From Candidatus Woesearchaeota archaeon (GTDB lineage Archaea > Nanobdellota > Nanobdellia > SCGC-AAA011-G17 > JACPNG01), in the NCBI GenBank assembly GCA_018303485.1, contig JAGVYC010000015.1, forward strand, positions 1 through 60,432: DNA of 60,432 bases, read 5' to 3'. The notes below the pieces were generated by a model. That model was given only the letters and a program-made list of their open reading frames with translations. It did no database searches and was not told the DNA's origin. Within the stretch, counting starts at the first letter, position 1. Each line of letters starts with the position of its first letter. Shown here piece after piece: positions 58,077 to 60,432 of the stretch. The translations under genes and the position numbers were made by a program.

Positions 58077-58508
58077 ATGGCAAAAAAAGGCGGTGCTTCA
58101 ATGCTTGTAGAGACAATACTTCTTATAGGGTTTGTTGTAATTTCAACAATAGGTGTTTATTCGTTTATGAAAGAGAAGGCAGAAACTGATACTAAAAAGA
58201 CTATAGAGGGAATAGCTTCAAACTTGGAATGTGCTGATGTAAAAATAGATTCAAGCTGCGATGAAGATAATACTATAATAAATAACACTGGTTTTTTTGC
58301 AATAAAAAACTTGCTTATAAGAACATCAACTGAAGAGCCAGTTATCTTGGATATTAATATGTTGCCAAAGGATTCTATTGATGAAATCAGCAATCTTAGA
58401 CTGTTATTAACTCCCAATATTGAATATGAAGTAGCTCCTTTGGTCAATGCAAACAACAAGCTGTACATATGCAAGGGAAAAAGCATTAAAATCACGAAAT
58501 GCCAATAA
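58077..58508 (+). CDS. Archaeal type IV pilin-like protein
   Basis: Class III signal peptide KKGG/A followed by hydrophobic SMLVETILLIGFVVI, and paired Cys residues. Confidence 0.75.
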   Translation: MAKKGGASMLVETILLIGFVVISTIGVYSFMKEKAETDTKKTIEGIASNLECADVKIDSSCDEDNTIINNTGFFAIKNLLIRTSTEEPVILDINMLPKDSIDEISNLRLLLTPNIEYEVAPLVNANNKLYICKGKSIKITKCQ

Positions 58509-58523
58509 AAAAAAAGAAAAAAA

Positions 58524-58628
58524 TTAAGCGCAATAGCCCTCCATAAATCCTTCTTCAAAGATTGCTATTTCATCATCCTCTATTAGCTCCTCTCTAATCT
58601 TTTTCGAATAAATTCCATCTTTTCTCAT
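58524..58628 (-). CDS. Small acidic protein (34 aa, missed by the ORF track)
   Basis: MRKDGIYSKKIREELIEDDEIAIFEEGFMEGYCA*; strong GAGGTGA SD; T-rich terminator-like run downstream. Confidence 0.65.
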   Translation of the reverse strand: MRKDGIYSKKIREELIEDDEIAIFEEGFMEGYCA

Positions 58629-58722
58629 TTTTATCACCTCTATTTATATCTATTTTTTCAATCGGCAGATTCATCAACTGCCTGCTGAATATCCTGCTTA
58701 TTGTATCATGGCTTATGTCCAT
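58594..58722 (-). CDS. Possible small protein (42 aa)
   Basis: GGAGGTG SD followed by MDISHDTISRIFSRQLMNLPIEKIDINRG...; overlaps the downstream small ORF by 35 nt. Confidence 0.3.
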   Translation of the reverse strand: MDISHDTISRIFSRQLMNLPIEKIDINRGDKNEKRWNLFEKD

Positions 58723-58953
58723 TTTATCCACCTCCCTGAATATAGCTAACGCTAGGTCTTTTGCATTTTCAATATTTTTAATGACTTAAACCAATAGAAG
58801 TGAATTTTCTTTATAAACCCTACGGGCATCTGTCATGTTGTCATTTTGTCATCTATGATTTTAGGGTTTTATAACTTTTAGATTACTACAAAAAATCAGC
58901 TTATGGTGCCATAGGGCAGCAGATATTAACACATTAGTATCAAAACAATTTTC

Positions 58954-59009
58954 GTTATAATAATTGATTTCCACCAGTCTATAACTGGTGGAAATCGATT
59001 ATTTATAAC
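58954..59009. repeat. 56-bp near-perfect inverted repeat (hairpin)
   Basis: GTTATAATAATTGATTTCCACCAGT-ctata-ACTGGTGGAAATCGATTATTTATAAC; one bulge and one G-T pair. Confidence 0.9.
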
Positions 59010-59091
59010 ATGGGATTATGAAGGTGAAGAAAAAATACATGGGAAAAAGATAAAATATATTCCGCTCTGGAAATGGCTGCTTGAGAACTAA
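59002..59091 (+). pseudogene. 3' remnant of an AAA_14/DUF4143-type ATP-binding protein
   Basis: Translates as FITWDYEGEEKIHGKKIKYIPLWKWLLEN*, resembling the C-terminus of that family; no 5' part is present. Confidence 0.6.
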
Positions 59092-60371
59092 TTGTTGTCT
59101 TCTCTAACCTCGGGAAAATACCTTGCAACTTCCTCTAGGAACTTTATTTTTTCTGTCTCTTTTGCATATAAAACAATATCTTTAAGGAACTCATTTCTAA
59201 ATTGTCCATCTTTATTTAGTCTATCGATATTCCTATAGAATGTTTCTATTGCAGCATCTTCATTTATATTTTTAAAATTAATTATGCCGCCATAAGAATA
59301 CGGTACCTCGCTTTTCTTTAATCCAAAATCACTAATATTTATACTCTCAGACTGTGGAGGTGTTAAATAATATTTTATTAATTTATTTGAGTCATTAGAT
59401 AATATTCTAGCACATTCATTTTCTATTCTTACCCTCAAATCTTCTCTAATTGATAATAATTCGGCATTATAATCATATGAACTTATTTTAATCAAAGAAT
59501 ATGTGGCACTCAGTTCTTCTAATGTAATAGGGCTTTTAGAAACTAACATTTCATATGCATCTATTGCATCTTTTATAGATATTGGTGGCGGCAAATTGCT
59601 ATCTAAAGAAATATATTTTATCTTTACTGCCCATAATGATAAACTAGATAATGGCTCTGTATTGTTTGCTTCAAAATATTTATCCTTTGCATATTGAGCA
59701 AAATCTCTAAGTAGATTAATATTATCATAATATGCCTGCCCATCCCAATCTTCTTCTTTAACCTCCCCTTTATATTTCAACAAATTTAATATCTCTAATT
59801 GTTTAAATAAGCCATCGCCTAAATAATTTATCTCCCTAATATTCAATGATAGGGTGTCTAGGAATTCTTGTATAAAATCAATTAAGAATTGCTTTTCATC
59901 ATTTTTTATTAATAATTCTTCAAGTTTTCCAAGTTCCGATTGACCTTCAAGAATTACATGCCATTTAGTCTTTGGATTGAATTTGTTCAAAAGTAAGTCT
60001 TTAAGTACATCGCTATCAATGAACCTCTTATATTGTTTACAAGCTATTAGGTCTAAAAATTTATCTGAAGGCAAATTAAGAGTGTAATCAATAAATTCTT
60101 CTTTAGATATGCTGGTTAGATATTCTAAATAAGCATCGTCATTGCATATATTCTCTTTTTTTTCAGATACGCCTGTTTCTAATGATATATTTTCAGTTAT
60201 GTTTTTATTTTGGGGTATGATTTGTTCTAGTCTAAACTCTAATAGTTTATTATCATTAAACCCATTATTTTTTTCAGAGAATGTATTTTCTGTATTATAT
60301 CTAAAAAGCCCTAACGCACCTATCAAGCTAATTCCAGCAACCAGCAACTTCTTGTTCTTAATTTTCATCAC
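59088..60371 (-). CDS. Hypothetical membrane-anchored or secreted helical protein
   Basis: 427 aa, basic N-terminus plus TM helix, very AT-rich; no recognised family. Confidence 0.7.
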   Translation of the reverse strand: MMKIKNKKLLVAGISLIGALGLFRYNTENTFSEKNNGFNDNKLLEFRLEQIIPQNKNITENISLETGVSEKKENICNDDAYLEYLTSISKEEFIDYTLNLPSDKFLDLIACKQYKRFIDSDVLKDLLLNKFNPKTKWHVILEGQSELGKLEELLIKNDEKQFLIDFIQEFLDTLSLNIREINYLGDGLFKQLEILNLLKYKGEVKEEDWDGQAYYDNINLLRDFAQYAKDKYFEANNTEPLSSLSLWAVKIKYISLDSNLPPPISIKDAIDAYEMLVSKSPITLEELSATYSLIKISSYDYNAELLSIREDLRVRIENECARILSNDSNKLIKYYLTPPQSESINISDFGLKKSEVPYSYGGIINFKNINEDAAIETFYRNIDRLNKDGQFRNEFLKDIVLYAKETEKIKFLEEVARYFPEVREDNN

Positions 60372-60432
60372 ATTAAATTATTAGAAATTTATTTAAACCT
60401 TCCTTAAGGAATTATTACTTCACAATAACTCT

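Overview
An AT-rich archaeal chromosomal segment. Archaeal markers are rpl15e, rpl40e, aIF5A, TFE, Taw1, Nre with a PIP box, translin, intron-containing tRNAs, TATA promoters about 23 nt before leaderless ATGs, and a class III signal-peptide pilin. Gene content suggests a DPANN archaeon of the Woesearchaeota/Nanobdellota type (inference, no phylogeny run). About 0.2-30.6 kb is dominated by large secreted or surface proteins (FG-GAP, LamG, Ig/cadherin, lamin-tail, TSP3, beta-helix, putative S-layer), together with two tRNAs, a hicB-hicA(pseudo) cassette and leuS. The right half is mostly housekeeping: alaS, tfe, tgt, aspS-gatC-gatA, several peptidases and aIF5A-L40e-S2P-tatD-taw1. The strongest signals are: (1) an exported SLT-type lytic transglycosylase with a LysM domain, i.e. 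a peptidoglycan-attacking enzyme in an archaeon; (2) bacterial-type tRNA enzymes (queuine-type Tgt sharing a bidirectional TATA box with ND-AspRS-gatCA, a bacterial/archaeal chimeric LeuRS, a short AlaRS); (3) an uncharacterised operon of a membrane anchor plus two paralogous ExeA-like AAA+ ATPases; (4) a LamG domain interrupted by about 7 GGVFDGRYVYFVP repeats. All five frameshifts in the two largest surface genes fall immediately after exact 99-bp duplicates and are probably assembly artefacts. No CRISPR array, rRNA, integrase, transposase or reverse transcriptase was recognised. All calls come from reading motifs by eye; no database searches were run.
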